Positions 38,929 through 49,451 of a DNA stretch of 64,000 nt are shown in pieces. Source of the stretch: Podarcis erhardii (taxonomy: Eukaryota). The notes under the pieces are model-generated. The model saw only the letters and a program-made list of their open reading frames with translations. It was not told the origin of the DNA and did no database searches. Location of the stretch: NCBI GenBank assembly GCA_964252035.1, contig OZ176204.1; one strand, written 5' to 3'. The stretch's first letter is position 1. Every line of letters starts with the position of its first letter. The position numbers and the translations under genes were made by a program.

Positions 38929-41030
38929 TATTTAGGTAGATTAAGCCCATGGTCAAATGCAAATCATCCTTCTTAATACTAGCTGGCCACGTGGGAAGTT
39001 CACATGTCTAAAGATGGGAAGGCAGACTGGAGGAGACTTAGAGCCCTTGCACCAAAGGTTAGGGAACCTGTAGCTCTGCAGGTGATGTTGGACTACAACT
39101 CCCATCGGCCTCAGCCAGTGTGGCCAGTGATCAGGGACAATAGAAGTTGTAGTCCCAGCAACATATGGAGGGCTACAGGTTACTTAGCTGTGTATTTCCA
39201 GGAAGCAAAAATAGAGGTGGAGTCCCCAGCCACTGGGGAAAGAGGAAGGAGGAAGAATATACTTTTTTTTAAAGTCAAAAGAAAGCAGACAAACAAAGAA
39301 GTCCACCTAAAGCTTTATGTTACAGAGCGTTTGATTTCGATATCGTGGCCTTGATGCCCCAGAGATGAGCTTTTGCAGCTTAGGGGCTTAGCATGTCTCT
39401 TGAACATTCCTTCAGTTTAATTTGATGTTTCTCCACATTTTCATGGTCAGTGTCTGGAAGGTCTAAATGACAGAAAATTCCTGGGCAGAGGTTGGGCTAT
39501 ATATAGAGGTAGCCATTGTACATCATGTGGGATTAAGGTAATGGGAATAATGCTTTAAAAACCACTTGCAAACGTGCTCCAAGGGTAAGGAGGGAGGGTA
39601 AGGTGATGGCAGGCAGTAATAGGTGCCTTCCACAGCCATCTGACCATCTTGGAAGCTTGCAGAACCAATTTTCTTCCAGAGCTTGCACAGGGAGAGAAAA
39701 AGGTGCGTAACAGGTGCCATGTTTGCTTTCAAACTGTCGCCACTGCTCAGAAAATGTTATACAGCCTTAAACTGATTGGGGTCAAGGAGGTTTGAAGATG
39801 GCCTGCTCTCATATGATCTTGTCTACTTGTTAAGATCTTCAGAAGAGGTTCTGCTCGTCATCCCACTTCTATTTGGTGTTAGGTTGAGAGCTGACCCTGT
39901 TGGGCAACAGAATGAAGCAACCTGCCTAAATGTAGTACTGGGGATGAAGGCAGGGATTGGTGTCTGGTGCAACAAGTTAAAGGGTTGGCCTTGGGTTTGG
40001 AGGGGGGGGGGGATTTGAGCGCTGCTTCAGGCAGCAAAATGTCTTGAGCCAGCAGTAGCTAAGTTGATGAGAGCTTTCAGGCAGCAGCTTGGCTGAACAG
40101 GTTTTCTTGGTGGTGACTAGGCTGCAATACTTCCTTGGGATACCGGCATATATGTTTGTTTTTCTGGCATTTTATAAACCACTGCATTTGGCAGGCTTTT
40201 TGTGACCCCCCTCCCATTTTGGATTGTTGTACGTTAGTTCTTGGTGTTTGTGAGTTTTATCGTTTGTTGCTTTTTTGTTATTTTGTCATTTAAAATCTTC
40301 CTGTGAGCCACTTCAGGGGCCTTTAGACAAAGTGGCATAGAAATGCTATGATAAATAAAATTAATACCTGTCAACACCATGAGAGGGAGAGAGCAGATAA
40401 TGGGGAAGCTTGCTGAAGGGAAGGCTTTGACTTAACTGCTTTAGGCAGGAAATCACTTTGTACTGTTTATCGCTCACTGAACCGCAATGGAAAGCCATAG
40501 GTTATGATCCAGCTAAAGTGAAGCCCTTTTTCTGCCCCATTGATTCTAACCAGAGTGATTTCAGCATGTGTTTAACTCCTCCTGCTGAAGACAATGGGAC
40601 AAACTTTGGGTGGATGATAACCATGGTGTTTACTCTTGGTTTTCAGTTTGGCTATTGATAAATCTCTACTGCCAGGCAAGTAGAGGGTCAAAAACAAAAG
40701 CTTCACTTTCCAATCTGTGGCTTGTTAAACACTTTTAAGATAAGGATAATTGGCCTTTTGCTGTAGAAGGTCATAAAATAAGTACCTTACCCTAATGCGG
40801 AGAGCATTTGTTGACTGGTGTTGTGGGTTTACACCCTTCTTTCAGAGCTTAGGCACTGGTTAGGCTTGGGCCTTACCATTTTCAGGATAGTTCTGAAAAC
40901 ACCTGTGCTATTGCCTTTGAGTAATGTTTAGTCCACCCATAATATAGGTGAGAGACCATAGCTCAGTGGTAGAGCATACACTGTGCATCTCAAAGGTCCT
41001 GGGTTCAATCCATGGCATCTCCAGTTAAAA

Positions 41031-41247
41031 GTTACAGATAGGTAGCTGTGTTGGTCTGCCATAGTCAAAACAAAACAAATTCCTTCCAGTAGCACCTTAA
41101 AGACCAACTAAGTCAGTTCTTGACAGTAGTCACCAATGGCTTCTTTGGTTGTGTGGGACACTGTATCTGAAGAAGTGTGCATGCACACGAAAGCTCATAC
41201 CAAGAACTGACTTAGTTGGTCTTTAAGGTGCTACTGGAAGGAATTTG
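41031..41247 (-). mobile_element. Penelope-like element remnant with inverted segment, inserted into a tRNA SINE
   Basis: Same family as 44335. 3' end on the minus strand (41031-41122), a spacer of about 40 nt, then an inverted copy (about 41163-41247). TSD TCCAGTTAAAA (41020-41030, 41248-41258). Interrupts a SINE whose head starts at about 40955. Confidence 0.8.
41163..41200 (+). ncRNA. Minimal type I hammerhead ribozyme motif (Penelope-associated)
   Basis: Stem I GUAU/AUAC, core CUGAAGA plus an extra A, stem II GUGUG-CAUG-CACAC, GAAA, palindromic stem III AGCU. Predicted cleavage after C41196. Confidence 0.65.
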
Positions 41248-43152
41248 TCCAGTTAAAAGGTTCAGGTAGGAAATAATGGGGAAAGGGCTATGCCTCAGAA
41301 CACAGAAAGCCACTGCTATTCAGAGTACTGTTCCAGATGGAAAAATAAGCTTAAGAACATAGGAAGAGCCTGCTGGATCAAGCCAGAGGCCCATTTAGTC
41401 TAGCATCTTGTTCTCAAAGATGCTTATCAACCAGATACTTATGAGAAATTTGAAAGCAAGATCTGAGCACAACAGCACTCTCCCCTTCTGCAGTTTCAAC
41501 TGGTATTCAGAAGCACACCCTCCCAACAGTGAAGGGAGAACATAGCCATCAGGGTTAGTTGTCATGAGGCATGTGGTGACTTAAGAAGGTGGGGTGGTCC
41601 TGGCAGGATCTGTCAGAAGGGGAGGAGGAATGGGTAGAAATTATTGAGTCTGTTGGTGGGAAGGGGTCTGGAGAGTCTGCTGCGAGACTCCTCTGTCCAG
41701 CTGCTGCTGAACATCCCCACCCAGCTGCTGCTGAATATCCTAATGGAGGAAGGAGAGTAGCAAGCCAGCCATCACCCCACCTCCAGAGTTCAAGATTGCC
41801 CGGTTGAATGCATTGAAGTGAGAGACCAAGCCCTTATTTTGTCTGTCCTGAAATTTACAACGACCTGCTTAATTGAATGCCCGCTGGATTCTAGTGTTAA
41901 AAAATAGGGAGAAGACCTTTGTTCTGTTCACGTTATCCATGCCACGTCTGTCACTTCACCTCTCACTCACCTTTTCTTTAAACTAAAAAGCCTCAGATGC
42001 TGACTTCCTATGTTCCCTGATAGAGGTGGCCTTGGAGGGGTATAGCAGGGGGTCCTCATGTACTTCAGACCTACAAGTCTGGATAAGGTGTGTTCCAGTA
42101 TACAAGGGACTGGGGGACGGGAGAGAGTATCTCTCAGGATCTGAAAATTACCTGTCCTCAAGGCAAAGTGTAGCAAGATCAGGCATCCAGTCAAGTCTCT
42201 TGCCTTGATAGGTGAAAATGATGGAGCTTCTCCACTGGCTACCTTGACATACTTAGTTTTGACTTTCCTGCAAATGGCGTCTTTGCTGACTGTGTGCTGG
42301 TGTTAAGGTCCATAACGTGTTGGAATAATTGCAAAGTTTGTCATTGGTAGTGCCATGGGCGTTCTTCATTTCAGTAGATGCTCATGATGCTTCTGCAACC
42401 TCATTCCAGATGGCCCACTGAAATTTATAGCACCAACTAGCTGGGGAAAGAATAACACTTCCTCAGCAATAATATATTGTGTGTTGAATGTGAGGAAAAG
42501 GCAGCATCCTAAATGGAAGCATTTCTTTGAATGATGTTATTTGGACGCCATCATCTGGATAGGTTAGTCTTGAACATTCATTTGTGGTTTTAGGCTGAAT
42601 GTTCTTCTTTAGCCCTAGCTCGAGTTGGGGTCATGGTGGTACATGAGCTCTGAGGTATCTTTTCTGCAGCTACTTTTAGAAATCAGCTAACTTAAACCAG
42701 TACATGACTTGTTTGAAACAGGTGTCTGACTTTGGTGGAAAGAGAAGGTCGGGTAATAGATTTGGGAGGTAGATGAATGGAGTACTGAGCATCCGACAGA
42801 CAATTGTGCTTGTCAGTATTCTAGTGCTAGTCTTGCTGCTTTGCAGAATTTGAGTGGATGAAAGGGAACGCCAGGAGAGGGATCTGTGAGGGCAGCCCCA
42901 ACAATTGCTCTTGAGCATCATCCTTCTGTGTTCAAATGCTTCAAATGGAAATGTAGCACTACATTGAATTCTCCCTTCTGAAGCTTATGGAGAACACACA
43001 GTCTGCCCTTTTACATGGATCATGTTCTTAGACATATGGATCAGCCTAGAGGGACTAGAAGAATCCACATGGATAAAAAACAGACCCTGTGAGAGGAAAC
43101 CAGGTTTTGTTGATATTTCCTGCTGCTCCTCTTTCTCTTTTTGGGTTTAGAG

Positions 43153-43543
43153 CAGGGATGGAGAACATCAGAACTAGGGTCTGAATTATGGCCCTCCAGG
43201 TATCTCTGTCTGTCCCCCAGCCATTTCTTGGTCCACGTCGCCTATCCCTAGGCTACAGCCCTCTGGCTCTGCTTTGTGCCCCCCATGAGTGCTTTTGCCT
43301 GGCTGGAATGTAACATGGAACTATGATAATGTCTCTTGTTTGTGTGGGTGGTAGTTAGAGAGATGTGTGTAGGGTATTGGTGTATGTAGAAACTTCTGGT
43401 TTTTACTGTACAAAGATAAGTTTTGTTGCTCTACTCTCTTTTGCTTCTGGCCCTGCCCAACAGGTGGGATGTGGAAGGTTGTCCCCAGAAGGTTGCCCAG
43501 GTGGGAATGAGGCCCTGGGAATGAAAAGGTTCCCTCAACTCTG
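43153..43543. mobile_element. hAT-Charlie-like MITE (related copy about 14093-14443)
   Basis: CAGGGATGGAGAAC...GTTCCCTCAACTCTG with an approximate g(t)ttagag TSD; shares ggccctccagg and ttttgcctggct segments with the 14.1-kb copy. Confidence 0.55.
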
Positions 43544-44334
43544 GTTAGAGAGTATGAGAGCCCTTTGCAGAAAGGATCCCAGCAACAGTCTTGGAATACC
43601 ATTTCTGGACCTTGGTCCATATTTCCTCCTCCTCTTCCTAAAATGCACCCAGCTAGAACATTTTAAGGAGTTCAGAGGTCTCTTTGATGGACTTTTGAAT
43701 CTTGAAGTGCACTGCCACCGCCTTTCTGTTCACTTTGGAGTGGGCCTTTTTATATCACAGAGGCATTTATTTATTTTTGGTAGAGATTGAAATCCCCCCT
43801 CCCCCTGCATAGTGTCAGGGTTCAGGCTGGGCTGTGCTCAGCCATCCTGCTTGTTCCCTCCTACTGCTGTGCTGCTCTCCAAGCTGCCAGTCGAAGGAAG
43901 CATTGGATGGTTGGGTGACCTTGACTGCACTAAGAGGATAAAGCTATGGTAGTTACACTTGTTTTCTCTCTTCTAGCTGAGGACCTGTAAAGAACAGAAG
44001 AGACCCCAAATCCAGTAGTTTAGAGAGCTGTTGTATTGAGGTTTCAGGTGTTTCCTCCCTAAGCGATACAAGGTTGGCCATTTCTCCATCTCTCTCTCTC
44101 TCTCTCCCCTGCACCTCCACACATTTCCTAACAAACACACAGGGAAATCTAGTGTCTGCATTGGCAACAACTGAAACACATGTTCAGATCTTCTCTTGAG
44201 TCTGTTATTTATATTAGCCATATAAGCATTAGCATACGTTGCTTTCACCTTTGTACATAGGAATGGAGTGCTTTATGATTTCTTAACATATTTGTAGAAG
44301 TCGTTTTTCTTGCAGGAGTGTTTGGGTTTGTTTG

Positions 44335-44558
44335 AACAAAATAAAAAAATTCCTTCCAGTAGCACCTTAAAGACCAACTAAGTTAGTTCTAGGTATGAGC
44401 TTTCGTGTGCATGCACACTTCTTCAGATCTGAAGAAGTGTGCATGCACACGAAAGCTCATACCTAGAACTAACTTAGTTGGTCTTTAAGGTGCTACTGGA
44501 AGGAATTTTTTTATTTTGTTTTGACTATGGCAGACCAACACGGCTACCTATCTGTAAC
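44335..44558 (+). mobile_element. Penelope-like element remnant with perfect 186-bp palindrome
   Basis: 44335-44427 and 44428-44520 are exact reverse complements with no spacer, followed by the 3' end gactatggcagaccaacacggctacctatctgtaac. 12-bp TSD TGGGTTTGTTTG (44323-44334, 44559-44570). Contains CTGAAGA...GAAA hammerhead cores typical of Penelope pseudo-LTRs. Confidence 0.8.
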
Positions 44559-45378
44559 TGGGTTTGTTTGCTTTGTTTGTCTTTAATTGTAACGTTTTAA
44601 CATTAAAATAAAGCAGAATGAAAAGGTGCATGAGAGCGATCCATATATTCAATAATATTCATAATTACTGCTAACCTAATTAAAGCCTGCATGTCAACAA
44701 ATTTTCAACGCCTTTCGGTGTTGTTTGCATTATAATAATGAACTGTCTAATTTGAGTCTCTGCTGTCTCTGGCTTCCTGAATCCTCCACTTCTAGTATGC
44801 AGGCTGGATGATGGCAGAAGCTCTGTGTGGAGTTTGTCATAATATAATTAAGAGGGCACAAGTAGTTGTTTTCAGTGTAGTGATGGATATTGTATATTTC
44901 CCTTCTTCCTTGCTCTGTGGTTTTCTCCACCTCTTGAAGACCCCCCATAGCTACAAATGCACAGCTTCCTGGTTTCTTCTTACATCACAGCTGGGCAACT
45001 TGTAGCCCAGGGGTCACATTTGGCCCCTGACGTAATTTTAAGTGGCTCCAAACACATTTTTACTCATTTTCTCCTTATTTTTCCTAGCTTTGCTTTCCAG
45101 AACAATAGATGTATTGGTCTGTTGTGCTAAAAAAAAGTCATTGGTTTACTTATCTGAGAGTAATCCCATCAATCCCAGTGTGACTTACTGCTGAGTAGAC
45201 TTGCACAGGATCCAGAGGTCTCATCTGAGGTACCAAGGTTAAAGTTGAAGCAGGGCAACCTTTCTCCCAGCTTAGTGAAAGCAGAGAACTTTTGAGTTTA
45301 GTTCTGCACATTAACATCTCTGGCTACACCTATAGCAGGCCTTTTGTTTCTGATAGATTCCCCTGAGCAAATGTGATT

Positions 45379-45730
45379 ATAAGAACATAGCAAGAACCTG
45401 CTGGATCAGACCAGTGACCCAGCCAGTACATCATCCTGTTGTCCAACCAGCTGCCTATGGGAAGCTTGCAAGCAGAACATGAGTGCAACAGCACTCTGCC
45501 CACCTGCAATTCCCAGCAGCTGGTATTCAGAGACATACTGTCTCTGACAGTGGAGGCAGAACACAGCTATTGTGGCTAGTGGCTATTGATAGCTTTATCC
45601 TACATTGATTTGTCTCATCCTCTTTTAAAGCAATCAAAGTTGGGGGCCAACTCTACTAACTGTGGGAGCAAATTCCATAATTTAACTATGCACTGTGTGA
45701 AGAAGTACTTCCTTTGTCTGTCCTGAAAAC
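45379..45730 (-). mobile_element. CR1 LINE 3' end
   Basis: ataagaacatagcaagaacctgctggatcagacc reverse-strand CR1 tail. Related pieces at about 6050-6225 (+), 41350-41560 (-) and 41810-42420 (-). Confidence 0.7.
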
Positions 45731-46043
45731 TCTGTGCTGTAGGACTGCAGTGGGCAACCTCAGCAGAAAAATGGTTTTCCACCGCTCTCCTACGGCACGT
45801 GTCTCTTGGAGCAAGCAGAGTACCTGAAAGACTGAGATAGGAAATGAAGTTTCTGATCTAGCTCTGTGGAATGGCAAACTCTGTGATCTCAACCAGTGTC
45901 TGTCCAAGCACCTCTGATTTTAAATGAAACAAACAAAGAAAAAAAGCTTCCATGATACAAACATGTTTACCTTACCATGGCCACATATCTAGCCTTGCAG
46001 ATGTTCTCCTGTTGTGAATGGCAGACAGCAGAGAAGCAAAAGC

Positions 46044-46488
46044 TGTTAGGAGCCCGTCCTATTCTTGAGTAGGACCCTGACAGAGACACATGCCAGACTG
46101 GCATGTTCTCTCCCTCCTGGTCAATCGTTCGGGAGCTTCAAAAGCTTTCTTCTGCCCGAACATTACAGCGACTGATGCCAACAGACATCGGCACACTTAG
46201 GGATCCGCAGAGTGTTCGCAGTTTGCGTAACAGAACTCAGCAACTCAGCATTTTGGCTAATCTACTTTATTTACATATCAACATACATGGAGCTCTGCAA
46301 CATGGCTCCCTCTCTCTCTAGCATCAGACAGCAAAGAGAGAGAACAAAGGACAATAGTCCCACTTCATGGAACACAGCAACACAAACATCTTGTCTCCGT
46401 CGCTTCCCACACTGTGGAGTCAAAACATGCACCGTCATGTGATCGACAACAATCCTATGACTGCAATCACGGAGCAGGAATCTTAACA
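46044..46488 (-). mobile_element. Solo LTR (445 bp; Gypsy- or ERV-like)
   Basis: TGTTAG...TTAACA inverted termini, 5-bp TSD AAAGC (46039-46043, 46489-46493), AATAAA on the minus strand at about 46266-46271. Confidence 0.8.
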
Positions 46489-47259
46489 AAAGCCTGGCTC
46501 TGTTTTAGTGCTGATTAATGATAATCTAGTAATGTTCATCACTCTGCAAACCCTAGCTTAATGAAAGCTGGTGGCATGAAGGGAAGCTATTTTTTGCTAA
46601 CAGGCATGTGGGAGAGCATTTTTAGAGCTGGCAAAAAACAGCAAAACAGAAAGCAATGATTGTTATCTGGTTTGAAATATATTCTGAGTTGTCAAATAGA
46701 AATGACTCTTCCTTCTTTGCGTGGGTTCCTTCCAGCATCTGTCGGACTTGCATAACTCATAACTAAATGTGTGTGTAGCCTCCAACCAACAGTAATGAGG
46801 TTGTGGAAATCTCCTGGATAGATTCTTCTCCTTCCCCAGCCTCTGCTGCTTTTTGTTTTGTTTCTCCTCTTAGAAAACAGCTAAACCTCATAAATTGCTG
46901 TCTCTGAGGGTGGCCACCTGCAGCTTTCCTTCTCCCCTGGAGCCGAATTTGAGCCAAGGTGACTTGCACTAATTGGCATGGGTGGGGTGGAATCAGGGAG
47001 CTTTGTCCTCATCCTTTCGCCTTTGGCAGGTCCACGTTTAAAATTAGAAACCTCCCATAAACAGTGCCATCTGCTGCCACCCCAACAGGCTTCCTTTTAT
47101 AGCCTTTTCAGTGGTGTTTGGGAGTACCTCCTACTTAAGATACAAAATCACAACAGTGTTGTATTGGTAATAGGGAAGTGGCTAAGGATGGGTAGGCTTG
47201 AGGGGGGTTTAAATCCACAAACATTGATGCAATAAAGGAGAAAAGTAGGTGTGTGCACT

Positions 47260-47697
47260 CAGTGGCGTAGCGTGGGGGGTGCAGGGGGGGCCGGCCGCAC
47301 CGGGCGCAACATCTGGGGGGGGGCGCTCGCCGCCTCCGGAGTCGTCGAAGAGCCTCGGGCGCAGGCTGTAGCAGAGTCCCATGTTTCGCAGAACCGACGA
47401 GCTGTGCGTGCGTCCGGGCTGAAGGCGTCCGGCAGGCAGCGGCTCTCAGCGCTCGCCACAGTCCCTGCGCATCAGGGCCGCGGAGGGCGCGCCAGGCAGC
47501 CCCTCCTCACAGCCCCGCCGCCGCCGCCGCTGCAGCTGCTGGGCCATGTTGCATTTTCCTCGCCTCTCTGCCCTCCTCCTCCGGGCAAGCGGTGGCAAGT
47601 TAGGGGTTAGGGGCGCAAATTACTTGCCTTGCCCCGGGTTAGGGGGCGCAAATTATTTGCCTTGCCCCGGGTGCTGACAACCCACGCTATGCCGCTG
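47260..47697. mobile_element. hAT-superfamily MITE, 438 bp, same family as 11754, with a captured internal host fragment
   Basis: The first ~60 bp and last ~60 bp are near-identical to the 11754 copy. 8-bp TSD TGTGCACT (47252-47259, 47698-47705); the right TIR has 2 mismatches; a subterminal ~32-bp unit is tandemly duplicated. Confidence 0.9.
47321..47598 (-). pseudogene. GNAL: Transduplicated GNAL (XL-Golf isoform) exon-1 fragment: putative 5' UTR plus about 20 codons
   Basis: On the minus strand from the ATG at 47382-47380 (context gaaacATGG): MGLCYSLRPRLFDDSGGGER. Recalled human long GNAL isoform starts MGLCYSLRPLLFG, giving 11 of 12 identities. Recognition is from memory, not a database search. 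Confidence 0.75.
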
Positions 47698-48869
47698 TGT
47701 GCACTGTAGAATCCCATAGGCCTCATATACCGAAGGAGAGAAGGTAGTTCAGGACTGAACTAAAGTACAGACTTTTTGTCCCCAACCAGAAGCCCATCAA
47801 GAAAGAGGCAGCCCAGAGAACATACTCTTGACTATCACGAATTCACTGGAAATGGTTGGAAAGCAAACATTTGTTTTCCAACCGTTTCCAGTGAATTCGT
47901 GGTAGTCAAGAATATGTTTTCTGGGCTGCCTCTTCCTTTCTGGAAGCAGCTGCAACCACAAATACCCATCTTGGGTTCATATGAGCACGCAGAGAGAAAA
48001 CTGAACTCCCTGAGGGACTTCAGTCCCACCATTTAATTGGAAAAGCATTAACTGTTGGGCAAGTCAGAATGTCTCCATGCCACTGGTGATGTAGACCAGC
48101 CAGTTGGGGCAGCTGCCATGTTTGAGAGAATCCTAGGCAAGGTGCCTTCTGGCAGCCCCTGGAAGGGACAGGTGTTGGCAGACAGGCAGCACCAGGGACA
48201 GTGCTGTGAAGAAAAGGGCTGGGCGAGGCTGTTGAAGCCAGTTGCTGCACCTTCATTATCTCTCATGGCCCTGGGCCCTACCTGTGATGGGATAAGGTGC
48301 TGAGGATAATGAAGATGGCAGTAGCTGCCTCATCTGGTGGTTCTCTTCACAGCACTGGTGCATTAACTTTATTTCTTTTTAAAAGGGATACCAACGTTCG
48401 TGGTGGCACTCCAGGTGCAGATGCATCAGCACCACGTAGTGCTGGTGCCAGGATGGTGATTAGTCCTCAAAAGGTAGTATAAGAAATGGCTTGTGAAAAG
48501 CCAATTATGAGTCGACATTGTGCCCCTGAGCTTAGGGGAATTTTACTTAGCAAAAGGCCAATGAGTCTCTCAAATGGGGGGTTTTAGGAAGTGGGTAGAA
48601 AGGGAGAGAAGTGAACTTTGGCTCCATCCTCAGTAAACTTTGGAACAAAAATGGAAAGTAGTAAAAGATAAGATGGCCAGAGCTATGATTCGGGGTGGCT
48701 ATAAATCCAGTATTCCCATGGGCTCCACTGGAAAGGAGGAAAAATTGTATTGGGGATTAATTCAAATTTTGTTTTTCATGTCAATTATTTACTGGATGAC
48801 GGTCCTGTCTCTGACATGTTTTTCACCCTATTGTTTTATTTTCTTACGCCACAAATGCAAACAACACAA

Positions 48870-49090
48870 TGAGCAAAATGACTCATAATAAGAACAAAGA
48901 AGCATAGAAAGCTGCCTTATAATGAATCGGGTTACTGGTTCATCCAGCTCCTTATTGTCTATACCAACTGGCAGCTGCTCTCCAATATTCCAAACAGATT
49001 CTCTTCCAGCCCTCCTTGGAGATGCTGGCAACTGAACATGGAACCTTCTGCATGCAAAGCAAGTGCTCTACCATTGACCTATGGTTTCTC
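48870..49090 (-). mobile_element. tRNA-derived squamate SINE (gctcagtggtagagc...ttgcatgcagaaggt family)
   Basis: Reverse-strand head at about 49020-49085. Other copies or heads at about 2270-2350, 8385-8530, 32690-32800 and 40955-41030. Confidence 0.6.
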
Positions 49091-49451
49091 TAAATGGGCA
49101 AACTTTGCACTCCCTGATCCATTTGTACCGGGTATCCATGATACAAGGCAGCACCATGGTAAGCTCCAATCAAATAGCTTTTGGCAAAGTCTGGAGAACT
49201 GAGACCTTACAGGTGCCTCCAATTAGCCTGCTTCTTCAAAATTCTGCTCTGTCTGAAGAGTGTGAATTCTTAAATGGCTTGCCGCAGATGGTCTTTCTTG
49301 CCTGGCATACTTGTGCCAATGGGCAGGCATGTGTAGAGCAGGAGGTATTTGGTTCTTCAGGTGAATTGGGCTCAGGGAGAAGTGCCTGCTAAGCTCCTTA
49401 CTTGGGTTCTGCATGCTCTTTCCCATTAGCCTCTGGTTCAGAATCCAGAGC

